DNA of 64,000 nt from Synechococcus sp. (GCA_047285535.1 JBJBDC010000001.1:1152136-1216135); one strand, 5' to 3'; numbered from the stretch's first letter, positions 18,692 through 32,795 are shown. Translations and numbers: made by a program. The notes: generated by a model from the sequence alone, not told the origin.

Positions 18692-21067
18692 TCAGCCCCT
18701 TGCTCCGCCAGAGACGGTGATCAGAGATCCTTTTTCAGTGTTGCCGCTGGAACCAGTGACTCGACTTTCAGGCCATTCAGACTGATCATTTCGTTTACGC
18801 TCAAAAGGAGGCATGGCTCCCATCATTCCTGATCGACTTGGATTGCGTCGACGAGCTGAGGCCCCTTCCGTCCCAGTCACATGATCGCCTCGATCCCAGT
18901 CGTCACCAGTCACTTTCGTGGATGAACCTTCACCAGTAACCCGCGAAACAGGTTGTTGAGTCACCTCTTCAGCAGCTGCAGGGGTGGGCTGAAATTGGCG
19001 CTGGTGATAACGATCTTGAAACTCATGATTATCGAATCGGAATTGCTCCGTGCCGGTGATTTTGCCACCGGCCAAATCAAAAGGGCCTGTTATTCGGCTG
19101 CTGTCTTCGTAGGCCGTTCCAGTAACACTTTTGGTGGAATCTCGCTGCTGCTGCGCAGCACGTGCTGGTGAAACCACACTGAATCGAGTCCAACTGGAGC
19201 CTTCTGGAGATTGGCCATGAGTTTCTGTGCCGGCCGGTGCCTCTGGACCACAGGCAGCTGAAAGTTGATCAGCACCGATATAAGGAGTGCCCGTCACCGC
19301 TTCACAGGCACCACGTTCGGCACCGGTCATGACCCCACCAATACCTGGTTGAAGTCCTGTCATCGGAGCTGCAGGAGTTCCAGGACGAACCGGAGTTCTC
19401 TCGCGGATAGCTTGTACAGCAGAGTTACCGCAATACTGACCAGCTTGCTCAACACCGGCATAGGGCGTTCCCGTCACGGCCTTACAACTTCCAGGCTCGT
19501 CACCTGTGACCTTTTCAGAACGACCGGTGCGCGTTCCACTGACCACTTGGTTGCGATTGGTAATGCTGAAACCAACCTTTGCGGCTTCTGGATCTGGCTT
19601 CGCTCCACAGAATGCATTGACTTGTTCCGCGCTGATGTACTGATCACCAGTCACGCGATGACAGGATCCAAATTCATCTCCAGTGACGCTAGAAGAACGG
19701 CCCACCATGGTTCCTGTGACGCCTGTTCCAGACAAAGTGCCAGAGAGGCCAACTTTGGTAGCAGGCCGACCTTCAGGTAGAGGATCAGCCCCTAAATATT
19801 GGTCACCAGTCAAAGAGCGGTTAGCACCAGCCTCATCTCCTGTAACGCTGGAGGATCGCCCCACCATTACACCACTGACTTGACGCCCCTGCTGCGTCAG
19901 GCTGTGTCCTACTTTGCGCGGCGAGGGACTGGTTCCACCGCAGTAGGTAGAACTCTGATTCGCTGAAATGTATTCAGTACCAGTCACAGTTTTGCAGGTG
20001 CCTGGCTCATCCCCAGTCACTTTCTCGGAGCGACCAACTTCATTGCCAGTTACTCGATTCCCATGAGTGGTGGCCGAAACGCGAACCTTGGGTGGAGTGG
20101 TTGGAGCGGGAGCGCTCTGACAGAACGTCTGAAAGACCTCAGCACCAAGATATTCAGTGCCAGTAATAGAACGACAGGTGCTTGCTTCGTTTCCTGTCGT
20201 CTTTACGGACCGATTGGCTTGAGTTCCTGTCACAGTTTGGCCGCCGGTGGTCTCCGACTCACCCACCTTCCAGTGCGCATCGACGGCAGCGGCTTGCTTG
20301 GATCCATTCCGATTAGGACCAGTTGGTCGCGTCACACCAGCACTTTGCTTATTGCGCGCTCCTGATTTGGCGCGAAGCTCACGTACCTGCTGGGCGAGCT
20401 CGCGGCTGGTGAGGTCAGGATTCGCCTGACGGGCCACGGCAGCGGCACTTGTGGGTTGTTTGCCTGCTGTTTTCCCGTGTTTAGACATCGCTTCCCGACG
20501 AGCTAAAACAAGTGCTCTACTTGGATTTTCGATGGCACGACGCTTTGGAGCTTGGCTGCGACGGGAGGAGTTTTTGGTAGAAGGATCCACAGATCCAGCA
20601 TGACGAGTCAAACGAGTTGGTGTTTGTACAGCGCCATTGCCGCCACAACCACACTCTTTCTTGCCTACGGCAGGGGCTGGAGTGGATGTCGTTGTAGCTG
20701 TTTTACGAGCGACCTCAGCCCGATTTCTGTCTTTGGTTGTATCTGCTGATTTACCACGACGTGACAGGGCTTCTCGGCGAGCGAGAACAAGCTCACGACT
20801 CGGTTGACTGACGGGTTTCACCCGAGAACGATGGGCACCTGATGAAGTTGTCAGTGATTGATTTCTTGGTCGCTCAATAGCGACAGGGGTTGCGGCGTGT
20901 GAAGGGCCTACCGCAATTGGATCTGCGTTGGTGCGCGTTTTGCGGGCATCGTCGGCCGTCCGAACGCGATTCGCACCTGCTGAAACAGCAACGGATGCCT
21001 TTTTGCCAGCAGTAGTGAGAGCCTTACGGCGTTCGAGTGCTAGTTCGCGACTGGAGAGTCTTGCCAT
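18692..21067 (-). CDS. csoS2: carboxysome scaffold protein CsoS2
   Basis: N-terminal SRELxLxRRxAL repeats, middle VTG/ITG repeats, C-terminal ITVSGGARG. Confidence 0.96.
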   Translation of the reverse strand: MARLSSRELALERRKALTTAGKKASVAVSAGANRVRTADDARKTRTNADPIAVGPSHAATPVAIERPRNQSLTTSSGAHRSRVKPVSQPSRELVLARREALSRRGKSADTTKDRNRAEVARKTATTTSTPAPAVGKKECGCGGNGAVQTPTRLTRHAGSVDPSTKNSSRRSQAPKRRAIENPSRALVLARREAMSKHGKTAGKQPTSAAAVARQANPDLTSRELAQQVRELRAKSGARNKQSAGVTRPTGPNRNGSKQAAAVDAHWKVGESETTGGQTVTGTQANRSVKTTGNEASTCRSITGTEYLGAEVFQTFCQSAPAPTTPPKVRVSATTHGNRVTGNEVGRSEKVTGDEPGTCKTVTGTEYISANQSSTYCGGTSPSPRKVGHSLTQQGRQVSGVMVGRSSSVTGDEAGANRSLTGDQYLGADPLPEGRPATKVGLSGTLSGTGVTGTMVGRSSSVTGDEFGSCHRVTGDQYISAEQVNAFCGAKPDPEAAKVGFSITNRNQVVSGTRTGRSEKVTGDEPGSCKAVTGTPYAGVEQAGQYCGNSAVQAIRERTPVRPGTPAAPMTGLQPGIGGVMTGAERGACEAVTGTPYIGADQLSAACGPEAPAGTETHGQSPEGSSWTRFSVVSPARAAQQQRDSTKSVTGTAYEDSSRITGPFDLAGGKITGTEQFRFDNHEFQDRYHQRQFQPTPAAAEEVTQQPVSRVTGEGSSTKVTGDDWDRGDHVTGTEGASARRRNPSRSGMMGAMPPFERKRNDQSEWPESRVTGSSGNTEKGSLITVSGGARG

Positions 21068-21123
21068 GTCCGCCCGAGAATGTCGTCGTGAGTTGAAGGG
21101 AACGAATCCCTACAGAAAAATTT

Positions 21124-21147
21124 GAGCCCTGATTTAGGTCAGGGCTC
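21124..21147 (-). terminator. hairpin after rbcS (intrinsic terminator or mRNA-stabilising element)
   Basis: GAGCCCTGA-6nt-TCAGGGCTC 9-bp stem followed on the minus strand by AAATTTTT. Confidence 0.65.
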
Positions 21148-21167
21148 GGAACCGTGAAAGCGAAAGA

Positions 21168-21509
21168 TCAGCGTCCTTCGAAAACCACGAAACAGGCACC
21201 TTGGCCTTGGGTGTATGCGTCGTAACCAACGATGCGCACGTGATGGTCGGGGTATGCGCGATGGCAGGCCTCGAGTTCACTCACTACAACGTTCAGATCC
21301 TTCTCACCGAAAAACGGGAGCTTCCAATAGGACCAATAAGAGGCCATGGAATTGGAAGGATGGACGTGCTCGATGAGCGGGCTCCAACCTTGGGCAATGA
21401 TGTAAGCGATCTGGTCATAGATCTCGTCCTGAGTCATCGGCGGAAGAAAGCCGAATGTCTCCAGGGTGGCGACTGTTTGGTAGTCACCCACGGTGCTCTG
21501 AAAAGGCAT
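21168..21509 (-). CDS. rbcS: RuBisCO small subunit, form IA
   Basis: MPFQSTVGDYQTVATLETFGFLP, YWSYWKLPFFG; ATG 21509. Confidence 0.98.
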   Translation of the reverse strand: MPFQSTVGDYQTVATLETFGFLPPMTQDEIYDQIAYIIAQGWSPLIEHVHPSNSMASYWSYWKLPFFGEKDLNVVVSELEACHRAYPDHHVRIVGYDAYTQGQGACFVVFEGR

Positions 21510-21582
21510 GGGGATCACGCTTTAAAAAAATGTTTTGGCTGGACCAAAGTCCTCGAGCCGGAGTTATATCGAGGTTCGGGAG

Positions 21583-21604
21583 AGGGGTGAAAAAATTCAC
21601 CCCT
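21583..21604. other. hairpin in the rbcL-rbcS spacer
   Basis: AGGGGTGAA-AAAA-TTCACCCCT perfect 9-bp stem. Confidence 0.6.
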
Positions 21605-21612
21605 TTCACCGA

Positions 21613-23025
21613 TCACTGAACGTCGAGTTTGTCGACGGTGTCGAATTCGAACTTGATCTCCTTCCAGGTCTCGAGAGCGATCGCCAGCTCAGGGCTATGC
21701 TTACCGGCTTCCATAAGGATGTCGCGGCTTTCCTTCTCGATTTCACGACCGGCGTTGCGTGCCTTGACGCAGGCCTCGAGGGCCACACGGTTGGCAGCAG
21801 CACCAGCTGCGGAACCCCAGGGGTGACCGTGGGTACCACCACCGAACTGGAGAACGGAGTCGTCACCGAAGATGGCTACCAGAGCAGGCATGTGCCACAC
21901 GTGGATACCGCCGGAAGCAACGGCAAACACACCAGGCATGGAACCCCAGTCCTGATCAAAGAAGTTGCCGCGGCTGCGGTCTTCAGGAACGAAGGATTCG
22001 CGGAGTTGGTCGATATAGCCGAGGGTGGTCTGACGATCACCTTCCAGCTTGCCGACCACGGTGCCGGTGTGAAGTTGGTCACCACCAGACAGACGCAGAC
22101 ACTTGGCGAGGACGCGGAAGTGGATGCCGTGCTTGGGATGACGGTCAATCACAGCGTGCATCGCACGGTGAATGTGCAGCAACATGCCGTTCTTGCGGCA
22201 CCACTTCGACAAACCAGTGTTAGCTGTAAAGCCACCGGTGATGAAGTCGTGCATGATGATTGGCATGTTGAGTTCCTTGGCGAACTCAGCACGCTCATAC
22301 ATCTCTTCAGGAGTATTGGCGGTTACGTTGAGGTAGTGACCCTTGCGCTCACCGGTCTCCTGCTCAGCCAATTTGATGGCTTCCGCAACAAATTCGAAGC
22401 GGTTCTGCCAACGCTGGAACGGCTGGGAATTGATGTTCTCGTCGTCTTTGGTGAAGTCCAGACCACCACGGAGGCATTCATAGACAACACGGCCGTAGTT
22501 CTTACCGCTTAAGCCAAGCTTTGGCTTAATGGTGCAACCCAGAAGAGGGCGGCCATATTTGTTCATCCGGTCGCGCTCAACGGCGATGCCGTTTGGTGGA
22601 CCAGCGCAGCACTTGATAAAGGCGATCGGGAAGCGAATATCTTCCAGACGCAGATGACGAAGTGCCTTGAAGCCAAAAACGTTGCCGACCAATGAAGTCA
22701 GAACGTTGGTAATTGAGCCCTCTTCGAACAAATCGAGGGGGTATGCGATAAAGGCATAAAAGGACTCTTTGTCACCAGGGACATCTTCGATTCGGTAGCA
22801 ACGGCCCTTGTAGAAATCGAGATCGGTGAGGAGCTCGGACCAGACAGTGGACCAGGTACCCGTCGAAGATTCAGCGGCAACAGCCGCTGCAACTTCTTCC
22901 TTGGGAACACCTTCCTGGCCGGTGCACTTAAAGCAGGCCAGCAGGTCGGTGTCTAGGGGGACGTAATCAGGAGTCCAGTAAGTGTCTCTGTACTCCTTGA
23001 CCCCAGCGTCGTACTTCTTGCTCAT
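21613..23025 (-). CDS. rbcL: RuBisCO large subunit, form IA
   Basis: [16 protein letters not shown] active-site motif; 470 aa; [13 protein letters not shown]-terminus. Confidence 0.99.
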   Translation of the reverse strand: MSKKYDAGVKEYRDTYWTPDYVPLDTDLLACFKCTGQEGVPKEEVAAAVAAESSTGTWSTVWSELLTDLDFYKGRCYRIEDVPGDKESFYAFIAYPLDLFEEGSITNVLTSLVGNVFGFKALRHLRLEDIRFPIAFIKCCAGPPNGIAVERDRMNKYGRPLLGCTIKPKLGLSGKNYGRVVYECLRGGLDFTKDDENINSQPFQRWQNRFEFVAEAIKLAEQETGERKGHYLNVTANTPEEMYERAEFAKELNMPIIMHDFITGGFTANTGLSKWCRKNGMLLHIHRAMHAVIDRHPKHGIHFRVLAKCLRLSGGDQLHTGTVVGKLEGDRQTTLGYIDQLRESFVPEDRSRGNFFDQDWGSMPGVFAVASGGIHVWHMPALVAIFGDDSVLQFGGGTHGHPWGSAAGAAANRVALEACVKARNAGREIEKESRDILMEAGKHSPELAIALETWKEIKFEFDTVDKLDVQ

Positions 23026-23096
23026 GGATTAATTCCGTTAAGTCGGTAAGGGAAATGAGATGCGTAAACCCATCAGAGGGTCATTAGCAGCTGATC

Positions 23097-23408
23097 TCAG
23101 TCCTTCTGACCGAGGAAGTTGCCGTTGCCAAGTGCTGGCTCTACTTCGCGATGAGGGCGAGCAATGATGTGAGCCGCAACGAGTCCGTCTCCGACACGCT
23201 CGCAAGCATCTGCTCCTGCACGCACAGCAGCATTCACAGCACCAGTTTCGCCACGTACCAACACTGTGACGTAGCCACCACCGACAAATTCACGACCAAT
23301 AAGGCGCACTTCAGCGGCCTTGGTCATGGCGTCAGCTGCTTCGATCGCTGGGACCAGGCCGCGTGTCTCGATCATGCCGAGAGCGATGCCCATGGTTTCG
23401 TTAGCCAT
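23097..23408 (-). CDS. csoS1: major carboxysome shell hexamer CsoS1
   Basis: BMC domain GIALGMIETRGLVPAIEAADAM, directly upstream of rbcL. Confidence 0.97.
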   Translation of the reverse strand: MANETMGIALGMIETRGLVPAIEAADAMTKAAEVRLIGREFVGGGYVTVLVRGETGAVNAAVRAGADACERVGDGLVAAHIIARPHREVEPALGNGNFLGQKD

Positions 23409-23418
23409 TGCCTACCGA

Positions 23419-23669
23419 GTAAGGGGGGTGGAATGTTCGCCGCTGACATTGCTCTGCCGAGTGGTCACTCGTCAAGCAGTTTTGGGTCTTTTCATGATCA
23501 TTGTCCATAGTGAACCTCATAAGCTCTGCTGATCACCCTTGCCCGAACTGATCTAAAGCCCTGTGCGCGTTCCGGTGAGCACACCAACACAATCCATAGG
23601 CAAAGGCCTCCGTAACACATAGTTTTCAGGCTGAAGTCAAGTTTTCCGCGTAAGCGGAGTGGAATGTTC
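23419..23669. repeat. 20-bp imperfect direct repeat in the cso promoter/leader region
   Basis: GTAAGGGGGGTGGAATGTTC (23419-23438) vs GTAAGCGGAGTGGAATGTTC (23650-23669), 18/20 identical. Confidence 0.7.
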
Positions 23670-23750
23670 AACCCTGCTGGGCTTCTTTTTTGAATCTGAT
23701 CGATATTTTTAGGCTTACCCGACACAATGGGAATCACTTGAACGGCTCTA

Positions 23751-24329
23751 GTGCTTACTTTGACGATTGCAAGTGGCAATCAAAGAAAAGTTTCTGAAAT
23801 AGAGAGCATGCTTGGCCCGCTCCCTATCAGGGTGCAACGTCAGCCTTCTGAATTAGACGTTGAGGAAACAGGTTCTACCTATTTGGAAAACGCATTGCTT
23901 AAGGCCTCAGCCGCTGCAAAGCTGACTGGAACCTGGACGCTTGCCGATGATTCTGGTCTTGAGATTGATGCCCTGGGTGGATCTCCTGGCCTTTACACAG
24001 CGCGCTTTGCCCCCTCAGACAAAGACAAGATTTCCAAACTGCTCCAAATCCTGCTGAATGAGCCCTACCGCAGTGCTCGTTTTCGCAGCGTCATGGTTCT
24101 GTGTTCTCCAGATGGAGCCTCCATTGGGAGCTCGGAGGGGATTTGCTGGGGTGAAATCCTTAGCGCTCCTGCTTATCCCAACGGGGGTCTGGATTCAATC
24201 TTCTGGGTTCGCGAAACCCGCTGTAGCTATGGCGAAATGACACAAGTCCAACTCAGCAAACTTGGAAGCCGTGGGAAAGCGGCAAGAGCGATGGCACCTC
24301 ACTTACGTCAACAATTGGGACTCCGCTAA
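23751..24329 (+). CDS. non-canonical purine NTP pyrophosphatase (HAM1/RdgB family)
   Basis: IASGNQRK, EETGSTYLENALLKA, ADDSGLEIDALGGSPGLYTAR. Confidence 0.9.
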   Translation: MLTLTIASGNQRKVSEIESMLGPLPIRVQRQPSELDVEETGSTYLENALLKASAAAKLTGTWTLADDSGLEIDALGGSPGLYTARFAPSDKDKISKLLQILLNEPYRSARFRSVMVLCSPDGASIGSSEGICWGEILSAPAYPNGGLDSIFWVRETRCSYGEMTQVQLSKLGSRGKAARAMAPHLRQQLGLR

Positions 24330-24371
24330 CAGCGAGATCAGCAAAGCGAATCAATCGACTGAACCAATCCA

Positions 24372-25157
24372 TCACTTGGAGGCGCAGTTGCGATTAATCG
24401 ATTCGATGGCGCGCATCGCAGCGGCAGCAGCCTCTTCAACATCACCTTCTCGACCAGCGAGAGTTAAACGTCCAAAAGCACCAACGGCCTTCACATCCAC
24501 CAGAGTGATATTTGAAGACTTTTCCGCCTCATTCGCAGCGATCAACACGTAACCGGCAGGTTCTGTTTCAAGAATGAACATGCTCATTCCTGCTTCGATC
24601 ATCGATCCCCTGCGGTTCAGACGATTAATGAGAACAGCATGGTCAGGTGTGATTGCTCGAATCACTTCGGTCCAACTGACGTCAGCAGGATTTCGTCGCT
24701 CAATTGAGCTACCAATCGCCTCAAGGACAACATCACCGGAGTGGATCACTGTGCTCTGATCACGGTGATAGAGAGCCATGGAGCCAAAAGCACGTTCCAC
24801 AACCATCTGGCCAAGACGAACATTGCTGGCCTTGAGCGCAATATCGGTGACTCGATGCACCGCCATCCCGGGCGCGACCTCCATCCAAAGACAGGCATCA
24901 CCTGGAATTGGCAAAAAACCCTGACTCACAGTGCCCATGTAGGCAGCCAGTTGTGGTTGAAGGGAATCGAGAAACACGTACGTGCGCAGTTCTATCGACT
25001 GCACATGACTGTTTTGACGCAACAGTCTTGGGGATTCGCTGTCGGTAGTAACCACGCAGCTTGCTCCGCTCGCTGAGGTGTGAACCTCAGTGCCTGTGAC
25101 GAGAGCGCTACCGCCTACTCGCCGCGCCCGGTCATCGAAGCTGGCGAATCGGGTCAT
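24372..25157 (-). CDS. csoS1D: tandem-BMC carboxysome shell protein CsoS1D
   Basis: [44 protein letters not shown]. Confidence 0.93.
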   Translation of the reverse strand: MTRFASFDDRARRVGGSALVTGTEVHTSASGASCVVTTDSESPRLLRQNSHVQSIELRTYVFLDSLQPQLAAYMGTVSQGFLPIPGDACLWMEVAPGMAVHRVTDIALKASNVRLGQMVVERAFGSMALYHRDQSTVIHSGDVVLEAIGSSIERRNPADVSWTEVIRAITPDHAVLINRLNRRGSMIEAGMSMFILETEPAGYVLIAANEAEKSSNITLVDVKAVGAFGRLTLAGREGDVEEAAAAAMRAIESINRNCASK

Positions 25158-25253
25158 GGCGGGGATATTACCGGAAGGTTGCTCAGAAAATTCAAATCGC
25201 GACTTGCATCAGCCAACGGAACCGATACCGTCCAAGAAAATCGGGATTGCAGC

Positions 25254-25661
25254 ATGGCAGTTAACCAAACCCATACTCCTGAAACAGCTGCATTGAGCTC
25301 TGAGCTCAGCGCCGAACAGGCTCTAGGAATGATCGGGATGGGCTTAATGCAAAAGCTCAATCAAGAGGGTCCAGGGCGTTGGATCTGGAGTGACGCAGAA
25401 GATGGTGCTGCTGCCAATCTTGTCGAGTTGCGCCAACGACTCGAACTCACAGACTTAGCGATTAAAACAGGAGCACCTCTGAGCACTGCTGAGGTCACAC
25501 AATTGCTAGGCGTTCGCCCTGGATCTGAACAAGTTGTAAGAGGAGGTCTTCGTGCAACTCGAGTGAGCAGGAATGTCTGGCGATTGACTCAACTTGATGT
25601 TGAATCCTCACAGCAAACCAATGCATTTAAAGGCGAAGATCGATTCAGGCGTCGCCTTTAA
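25254..25661 (+). CDS. conserved hypothetical protein
   Basis: ORF with LRQRLELTDLAIKTGAPLSTAEV; ATG 25254 chosen to avoid overlap with csoS1D. Confidence 0.7.
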   Translation: MAVNQTHTPETAALSSELSAEQALGMIGMGLMQKLNQEGPGRWIWSDAEDGAAANLVELRQRLELTDLAIKTGAPLSTAEVTQLLGVRPGSEQVVRGGLRATRVSRNVWRLTQLDVESSQQTNAFKGEDRFRRRL

Positions 25662-25665
25662 ATGC
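25623..25665. other. 14-bp perfect inverted repeat spanning the stop codon of the upstream CDS
   Basis: GCATTTAAAGGCGA (25623-25636) / TCGCCTTTAAATGC (25652-25665), 15-nt loop. Confidence 0.75.
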
Positions 25666-25718
25666 CTAACCGAATTAGAGCGAAACTTAAACGGAAAACC
25701 CTCCAGAAGCGCTTGCCT

Positions 25719-26254
25719 TTATTTTGTGTCGTCCTCTGGCGAAGTCTCCTTTGCATCTATTATTGTATCAATGTTGAGACAAATTGTTTGTTCAATAACT
25801 TGACGATGTGACGCCATTAAACCCTGAGCATTTTTTCAATTTTTTGCGACGCCTCATCCAAAGTCATACTTTTATTCTTTTCTCAGCGCTCCAACAAATG
25901 ATTAGTAGAGCTCAACCTGATCGCAATATTCCCCTTACTTCAGACTTCAGACGTTGATTCTCAGCCTTGTCCAGCATCTTCAGAGCTTTTTGAAGAGATT
26001 ATCTTGCTTTCTGTGCGTCCACAACGGTTGAACGTGGTGTTAAGCCCTCAACATTTTTTGAAGGCACTGTCTACATCGGCGCTTGCAGAACAAACCAAAC
26101 TCATCTCTGAAACAACTTTGCTTTGATCCTTGGCTGCTTTGTCCTGAGCCGATTGACAAGAAATCAACGCTAAACCCAAAACCTTGGCTGCCGGCAAGTC
26201 TCTCGCAGAGACGCCATCAGTTCATTTGGAACAATTTCGTGGAAATTTGGTCAT
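25719..26254 (-). pseudogene. degraded lipoprotein gene
   Basis: Manual minus-strand translation gives VLGLALIS-C (lipobox-like) QSAQDKAAKDQSKVVSEMSLVCSASADVDSAF. The frame continues only through about 4 frameshifts at homopolymer runs plus in-frame stops, to ...KETSPEDDTK*. Confidence 0.6.
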
Positions 26255-26351
26255 GAGGAGAGGCTTTTACCAGTCAGGACATCAATCCTGATCCCAAAGA
26301 ATTTTGTGAGGTCTGAGCAGTAGGGGAATCAGGCGTCATCGTGAGTGATAG

Positions 26352-27656
<1,305 letters not shown>

Positions 27657-27660
27657 AGCC

Positions 27661-29229
27661 ATGCAACTCACCCTCTGGACATACGAAGGACCACCTCACG
27701 TTGGTGCCATGCGCATTGCGGCATCCATGAAAGGAGTGCACTACGTGCTGCACGCACCCCAAGGCGACACCTATGCCGATCTCTTGTTCACGATGATCGA
27801 GCGTCGAGATCAACGCCCCCCCGTCACCTACACCACGTTTCAAGCCAGAGATCTCGGTGGTGACACCGCGGAACTGGTGAAGCGTCACGTGAGAGAAGCC
27901 GTGGATCGCTTCCAACCCGATGCCCTTCTCGTGGGCGAAAGCTGCACAGCGGAATTAATCCAGGACCAGCCTGGTGCCTTAGCCGCCGGCATGGGTTTCA
28001 CCATGCCAATCGTGAATTTAGAGCTACCGGCCTACAGCAAAAAGGAGAATTGGGGTGCAGCAGAAACCTTCTATCAACTGGTTCGGAGTCTGCTGAAAGA
28101 GCACGCCCCTGCTGAGCTGATCCATAATCCAAAGGCCTGGCAGGAGAAAGGACGACGCCCCCGCGTGAACCTGCTTGGACCATCGTTGCTCGGCTTTCGC
28201 TGTCGAGACGATGTGCTCGAAATTCAACGGCTGCTGAGCATGCACGGCATCGACGTCGGGGTGGTCGCTCCGTTAGGGGCCACGGTGGCTGACGTACTTC
28301 GCCTGCCGGAAGCGGACCTGAATGTTTGCCTTTATCCAGAGATCGCAGAATCCACCTGCGCCTGGCTGGAGCGCAGTTTTGGGATTCCGTTCACCAGCAC
28401 CGTGCCGATTGGCATCGGCGCAACCCAAGACTTTCTTGTGGAAGTTCACAATCTGCTTGGGATGACACCACCTTCCTCCCAAGCGGGAATTCGTCAGTCC
28501 AGGCTGCCCTGGTACTCCGAATCCGTTGACTCCACCTATCTCACGGGCAAAAGGGTGTTCATCTTTGGAGATGGCACTCATGCCTTAGCAGCAGCCCGGA
28601 TCTGCAAAGAGGAGCTTGGCTTTGAAGTGGTGGGCCTAGGCACTTACAGCAGAGAAATGGCGCGACCCGTGCGTGCAGCAGCGAAAGCCATGGGACTTGA
28701 AGCCCTCATCAGTGATGACTACCTCGAGGTTGAGGCAGCCATGGCCGCAGCGGCGCCGGAACTGGTGCTCGGCACCCAAATGGAGCGGCATAGCGCCAAG
28801 CGACTAGGCCTCCCTTGCGCTGTGATCAGCACGCCGATGCATGTTCAGGATGTGCCAGCACGCAACAGTCCTCAAATGGGCTGGGAAGGAGCAAACGTGA
28901 TCTTCGACAGCTGGGTGCACCCACTGATGATGGGCTTAGAAGAACACCTTATCGGCATGTTCCGACACGATTTTGAATTCGTGGATGGCCATCAAAGTCA
29001 CCTAGGTCATGCGGGAGGTTCTGGAGCTGGTGCGGACAAGGAGGTGGCGGTCAGCACCCTGCAAGACGAGCTGGTCTGGACGGCTGATGGAGAAGCGGAG
29101 CTGAAGAAAATCCCCTTCTTCGTTCGGGGGAAAGTACGCCGAAACACCGAAACATTTGCCAAATCCACTGGGCGCAATCAAATCGACAGCGAAACGCTGT
29201 ACGACGCGAAAGCCCACTTCAGTGCATAA
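27661..29229 (+). CDS. chlB: dark-operative protochlorophyllide reductase subunit B
   Basis: [36 protein letters not shown]. Confidence 0.97.
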   Translation: MQLTLWTYEGPPHVGAMRIAASMKGVHYVLHAPQGDTYADLLFTMIERRDQRPPVTYTTFQARDLGGDTAELVKRHVREAVDRFQPDALLVGESCTAELIQDQPGALAAGMGFTMPIVNLELPAYSKKENWGAAETFYQLVRSLLKEHAPAELIHNPKAWQEKGRRPRVNLLGPSLLGFRCRDDVLEIQRLLSMHGIDVGVVAPLGATVADVLRLPEADLNVCLYPEIAESTCAWLERSFGIPFTSTVPIGIGATQDFLVEVHNLLGMTPPSSQAGIRQSRLPWYSESVDSTYLTGKRVFIFGDGTHALAAARICKEELGFEVVGLGTYSREMARPVRAAAKAMGLEALISDDYLEVEAAMAAAAPELVLGTQMERHSAKRLGLPCAVISTPMHVQDVPARNSPQMGWEGANVIFDSWVHPLMMGLEEHLIGMFRHDFEFVDGHQSHLGHAGGSGAGADKEVAVSTLQDELVWTADGEAELKKIPFFVRGKVRRNTETFAKSTGRNQIDSETLYDAKAHFSA

Positions 29230-29366
29230 GAGGCAAACCAATTTTCTTGCTCGAATGTCTTACCCGCAACAAGGCATGATCGGCTGAGTCTTTGTACTCA
29301 ATAATCCAGATATTTTCATGCTAATTCGCCCAATCCTCGTCAGTGTTTCAACACCATCAGTCCTGA

Positions 29367-31301
<1,935 letters not shown>

Positions 31302-31363
31302 TTATCTGAATCCAGTCTGACCCTTCAAATGCCTTTGCAGATAAGTCTCATGTGACCAATGGA

Positions 31364-31783
31364 TTAGCGCCAAATGATGCGAAGGCGATTGGGAGCGATC
31401 CATTGATCCTGTTCGTCCATGAGCCTCTCTCTTCCACCCAGTGTGAACAAGTAATCAAAACGTTGCTGTAGAGCATGAAGCTTGTTGGTCTCAACATCCA
31501 CAACAGCGGCCAGCTCTGCATGACGATCTAACCGCTCCTGATAAGCGATAGACAGCCTGACAAGACTGACGACCCCAAGGCTGATTAATCCCACTTTCAA
31601 GGCCAAAGCGAGGCTGCTACAGAGCAGGTCTCGACGATCGCCCTGATTCTGAATCAGTGCAGCCCGAGTTGCAGCATCGACCGCTTCCGCGGGGAAGCGA
31701 TCAGATGCACTTGATCGATGTCGTGTTGACGGTTGAGCGTCCTTAGCCATGTCCGCTTCTAACGCAGCGGACAAAGACTGCAA
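31364..31783 (-). CDS. conserved hypothetical membrane-anchored protein
   Basis: One hydrophobic helix plus a coiled region ending EQDQWIAPNRLRIIWR; lies between psaM and por; start uncertain. Confidence 0.7.
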   Translation of the reverse strand: MQSLSAALEADMAKDAQPSTRHRSSASDRFPAEAVDAATRAALIQNQGDRRDLLCSSLALALKVGLISLGVVSLVRLSIAYQERLDRHAELAAVVDVETNKLHALQQRFDYLFTLGGRERLMDEQDQWIAPNRLRIIWR

Positions 31784-31811
31784 GGGCTCATCGTTGACCT
31801 AGACGTCTAAT

Positions 31812-31916
31812 TCATGCCCGATACAAGCTCACACAAAGTCGCACAGCCAACACACCAGCATGTGCAGCCACCACTAACGCGATGAAAATCTCAGCTTGAG
31901 TAATAGAGCTCACCAT
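31812..31916 (-). CDS. psaM: photosystem I subunit XII
   Basis: Manual translation MVSSITQAEIFIALVVAAHAGVLAVRLCVSLYRA (34 aa, below the ORF-track cutoff). Confidence 0.93.
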   Translation of the reverse strand: MVSSITQAEIFIALVVAAHAGVLAVRLCVSLYRA

Positions 31917-31995
31917 GAAGGATCCATAAAGCTCTTCCATTCTTTCCCCTCCACCCCTCTGCAAGCCATCATTCGCAAAGGCCTGTCACACCTCC

Positions 31996-32487
31996 ATGGA
32001 TGTCGGAAGTCGATCTCAACCTGTTGTTATCAACGCAACGGCCATTAGGACGCTTGATCTCAAGGTATTGATTCCCTGGATGGGAAGGTCCCTAAAGGAC
32101 CTTCTTGGCGATGGTGCAGGGTTAGAGCTCCAATACAACTGGCCGCGAGACACTGATGACCCCAGAGAGCTGAGTGAATGCCCTGAGCCACGCCTCTGGG
32201 CCCTAAGAGCAGATGTTGTATATCCATGGCTGCCTTTGGTGCTGGAACGATCTGGAGGCAGCCTGATTCAACACGTGGCGATGCTTGTTCCCCATGACTT
32301 CAGCGCAAGCGAAGGCATTCGCTTCGATCCTCAGGCCCTGGAGCTCTGGATCACGCACCGGTTGATGCTCCTCGATCACCTTGGGAAAGACCTTCCTCAG
32401 TCTCAGCGTGGAAACCTGCTCCAGATGGCAGCCACGATTGGTTATGAAGTTGATGCAGCGTTTTGGACTCTCCTAGATCAACGCTGA
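31996..32487 (+). CDS. CRR6 family NdhI maturation factor
   Basis: DPRELSECPEPRLW, WLPLVLER, AMLVPHDF..EGIRFDPQALELW. Confidence 0.85.
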   Translation: MDVGSRSQPVVINATAIRTLDLKVLIPWMGRSLKDLLGDGAGLELQYNWPRDTDDPRELSECPEPRLWALRADVVYPWLPLVLERSGGSLIQHVAMLVPHDFSASEGIRFDPQALELWITHRLMLLDHLGKDLPQSQRGNLLQMAATIGYEVDAAFWTLLDQR

Positions 32488-32795
32488 TGGAGATCAAAGC
32501 GTGGATGGTGAGCAGCTTTTTGGTGGCCGCGCCGATTCAGCGCCCGCCAATGATTTGCTGAAAATTTAATAATCTACTTATCATTCAACAAGTGATTCAC
32601 ACCAAAGGGGTTCCATAACGAATATCACTTCATGATCAAAGAAATCTTATTGATGGTGGCCTAATTCTTATCAAAGCTGGACGATAGCAGTCGAGAAGTC
32701 GACTTATTTGTACCCTAAACCTGTGAGCAGTATTGATACGTCTTAAGGCACCTCAAGCAATTCCACCTCCCTCAACATCCGATGGTCCTCAACAG

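Noticed and set aside
18692..21067. Internal repeats of csoS2 as a repeat array or programmed frameshift site
   Set aside because: These are the known protein-level repeats; I did not identify a convincing slippery site and the frame is continuous.
21535..22512. 325-aa plus-strand ORF antisense to rbcL
   Set aside because: Shadow frame produced by the strong codon bias of a highly expressed gene; no recognisable protein features.
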